From contig NC_057719.1 of NCBI RefSeq assembly GCF_004010195.1, positions 36,304,585-36,368,584 of the forward strand: a DNA stretch of 64,000 nucleotides. Direction: 5' to 3'. Below the pieces are notes generated by a model that was not told the DNA's origin, searched no databases, and was given only the letters and a program-made list of their open reading frames with translations. Position numbers and translations under genes: made by a program. The DNA comes from Chiloscyllium plagiosum. Taxonomy: Eukaryota. Of the stretch, positions 60,560 to 64,000 are shown piece by piece. Each line of letters begins with the position of its first letter. The stretch's first letter is position 1.

Positions 60560-62630
60560 GAACAATAGTATCTAAACTTAAATAAGGGCAATTATAAGGG
60601 TATGATATCAAAGCTAAAGTAAATTGGGTTAAGCAATAGATATGCAGTGGCAGACATTTAAGGGAATAGTTCATAATATACAGAATAGATAGATTCCAAT
60701 GGGAAAGAAAAGTTTCAAGAGTGAGCGTACCACTTATGGTTTACTAAAAAGGTTAAAAGATAGCGTCAAACTTGAAGAAAAAGCATATAATTGTACAGAG
60801 ATGGGTAGCAAGACAGAAGATGAGACAGATTATTTTAAAAATCAGCATCAAAGGAGAAGGAAAATCGATGTTTCGGGCATAAGCCCTTCTTCAGGAATTC
60901 CTGAAGAATTCTGATTCCTGAAGAAGGGTTTATGCCCAAAACATCAATTCTCCTTCTCCTTTGATGCTGCCTGACCTGCTGCGCTTTTCCAGCAACACAT
61001 TTTTAAGCTCTGATCCCCAGCATCTGCAGTCCTCACTTTCTCCTATTTTAAAAATCAGCAAAGATTTACTAAAAGATAAGTAAAGAGGGAAGAATTATTG
61101 CAATAAAAAAAGCTTGTTAGAAGTATAAAAACAAGTAGTAAGAGATTTTGTAGCTATTTAAAAAGGAAATGAGCTGACAAAGTGAACATTGATCTTATAG
61201 AAAGTGAGTCCACAGAATTAATAATTGAAAAGGAAGATGTGGCAGGTGAACTGAGCAGGTATTTTGCATCAGTCTTCATTATAGAAGATATAGGTAACAT
61301 TGCAGAAATAGCTGTAAATCAGGAAATTGAAGGGAGAGAGGAAATAAATAAAACTGTAATCACCAATTGTTGGATCTGGAAGCTGACAATTCCAGATGAA
61401 CATCATCCTAAGACCTTAACATAATGGCTAATGGGAGAGTTGACATATTGATTTCAATTTTCCGAAATTCCTTAGATTTAGGTTAGGTTGGGTTGGAATG
61501 GAAATTGGAAATGTAACTCCTGTATTCAAAAGGAAGAGAGATAGAAGGCAGAAAACTATAGGACAGTAAGCTTAACATCTGTTGTAGGGAAAAAAGTAGA
61601 AGCTATCAGAAAAGACATTATAGTTAGGTGCTTAGATATGTTGATGGTAAGAGTCAGAGTTAGCATGGTTTTGTGAAAGAGAAATCATGCTTCACCAGTT
61701 TATTGGAAGTATTGTATGTTATAGTTAAAGGGAAACATGTGGATTACTATACTTAGTTTTCCAGAAGACATTTGATAAGGTGCTACATCAAAGGTTATTG
61801 CAATGAAATAAATGCTCATTGATCAGAGGTAATATATAAGCATGGATAGAAAATTGATTGGCTAATAGGAAACAGACATCAAACATAATTGGCTCATTTT
61901 CTGGTTGGCAGGCTAAGAGTGGTATACCTCAGGGTAAGTTCTGGGGCCAATGACTTGGATGAAGCAATCGAACGTATAGTTGCTAAACTTGCAGATCATC
62001 CAATGACAAGAAAGAATATAATTTATGAAGAGGACAATTGGAGGATTCAAAGGAATGCAGATAGGTCAATGACTTGACAAAGTTCTGCCATACGGAGTCT
62101 GTGAATAGTTTTAAAACAGAGGTTGTTAGATTCTTGATAACCAAGGGAATGAAAGATTATCAGGAGTAGGCAGGAATATAGAGAAATCAGGTCAACCAGG
62201 ATTTTTCATATAGCAGAAAAAACTTCAGCTGAAAGACCTACTCCTGTTCCTATTTTGGGTGTTTGTAAGATTATTGTCAACATTTGGATTATGTGAATAT
62301 ATATGTAGAAAAATGTGAAATTGTCCATTTCTATAAGCATTATACAAAAATGCACATTCTCTAAAAGGTGAGAGATTATAGACCTTTGTAATGCAGAGAG
62401 ATCTGGGTGTTCTGGTACATGAATTGTGAAAAGTTAATGTGTAGGAGCAGCAAATAATGAGGAAAGCAAATAGAATGTTATTGTTTTTTATGAGGGATAT
62501 TGAATGTAAAAGTAGGGACATTATGCTGTACTATACAGGGCCTAAGACCAGATCTGGAATATTGTGTGCAGCAGTGGTCTACTTATTTAAGGAAAGATGC
62601 AAATGATTTGGAAGTTATTCAGGGAAGGTT
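60560..62630 (+). mobile_element. Long decayed CR1 ORF2
   Basis: VAGELSRYFASVF (~61240), ENYRTVSLTSVVG (~61552), HGFVKEKSCFTSLL (~61665), FQKTFDKV (~61760). Confidence 0.8.
60848..61043. mobile_element. Fold-back PLE pLTR insert, family 1
   Basis: tttcgggcataagcccttcttcaggaattcctgaagaattctgattcctgaagaagggtttatgccc; 17-bp TSD tattttaaaaatcagca at 60831-60847 and 61044-61060. Confidence 0.88.
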
Positions 62631-64000
62631 TTAAGTTAACAAAATAAAAGCTGAATACTGCAGCTCCCAAGTAGCTCAGACACTTTCATTTCAGCAGCTT
62701 TTGGAAGCTTCTGCTGACCAGACAGTAGGACAAAATACCCAGACACTGAGGTGCTCATGTAAGCTGGTATACCAGCATTCACATCCTATTGAGAGTGTTA
62801 CACTGAACTGGGTCAGTCATGGAGCCAGAATATCTGATACATGCCGCTAAACAGAGTTTGAGTCTAGGGAAGTCAAAGGTAGTGTCACAAAGATGCTCTG
62901 AAAAATTCACTTCAGAGGTTTGATATCATTTCTTTGAGTCCTGGGAGAAGGTTGTCACAAATGGACACATCTGGTATAACCAAATAAAAATGTGAGGTCT
63001 TCTTCAAGTGCAATTTCAAGGCAGAAAAAAAATGAAATAAGAGGAAATCACAAGACAGCATCTTGTCTAGAACCCAATCATCTGTGCTATCCTGTTCCAT
63101 TTACAGTAAAATCTTCCAGTGTAAACTGACCATAGCACTCACAGATATACAATACCCACCAGAACCTGACCAAGGCAATGAAAATGATCTTCTTCACTTC
63201 AAAAGACAAATGAGATTATAGCTATCCTCTTACATAATCATTCAGTTCTATTTTTATTTTGTCTGAAAAATAACAGCAGAAATTATTGCTGAATAAAATG
63301 GAAAATATGTTAATAACAATGAAAAACAAATTTTTAACATTTCTATTTCTTCATATTTTCTTTCATCATTTTATTACATAAATTGATCTGGCATCCATAT
63401 TTTCATTAGCTGAGGTGGAACTCACTTGAATTACTGCCAATACATCCTAATCCACAGGGGAAGAATGGTTGAGGACTGGTGCAAGAATGTGGTAGGTAGG
63501 CAGGCTGAGAGAGGTGGAAGATGAGTATAATTCATAATTGTTGCTTTTGCAATGTTATTGAACTTCTTCTGCAATGAATCTTGTTCCTTGAGGTGATGTT
63601 GGTGCCAGACATGCTGAAGTTAATCCTGGGTATTATAACGCTATCAAATGAAGTTGTCTTTTATACTGACAAAAACAGCATCTTAAAGGTCACCAATTCT
63701 CTAATAAACATCCTCAGTTTTATCACATGTACTACAAAAGGTTCACCTCTTTATGTATCAATCAACTTAAATAGCAAGTGTGGTGCCTCAGGATAAGACA
63801 GAGGTTCCAGATGTGTCAAGTTGAATTATTCTTAGTTGATTCTTCAATGAGATGGCGCCCAGACTTCTTCCATCAGAATTGCAGCCAAACTCTATCAACA
63901 TGAAAGCTTCTATTTAAAATATGTATGTAATTTATAAATTATTCTTCCACAAGCTGTGAGATCACAAGAAACACCAGCATTCATTACTCTTAACTGCCCT

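Noticed and set aside
9000..64000. BEGAIN exons, or MEG3/miRNA/snoRNA cluster equivalents
   Set aside because: No BEGAIN-like peptide was recognised. The eutherian ncRNA cluster lies on the other side of DLK1, and no tandem hairpin or C/D-box array is visible.

Overview
Vertebrate nuclear DNA, very probably from an elasmobranch (shark), inferred from HE1-like SINEs, HER1/CR1 LINEs, SacSINE-like DeuSINEs and Penelope-like repeats. Only one host gene is supported: the 5' end of a DLK1 (delta-like non-canonical Notch ligand 1) orthologue on the minus strand. It comprises signal-peptide exon 1 (CDS 8039-7955) and a 64-nt exon 2 (5227-5164) that the ORF track misses; together they encode MKTAVDLHRAVSVLACCILILMAGAFAQGIECKRGCHSVNGFCETTGECR. 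No exon 3 was found, so it presumably lies left of base 1. The remaining ~55 kb is upstream intergenic DNA. It holds CR1 and other LINE fragments, a decayed Gypsy LTR element, solo LTRs, two Tigger-like MITEs, SINEs, a 29-bp minisatellite and two assembly gaps. The most striking non-coding signal is about a dozen short Penelope-like (PLE) inserts from at least three families. Most carry a minimal hammerhead-ribozyme core (CTGAnGA-stem-GAAA), and many are fold-back palindromes whose inversion or truncation points fall at the ribozyme. All calls were made by eye with no database search; repeat boundaries are approximate unless a target-site duplication (TSD) is given.
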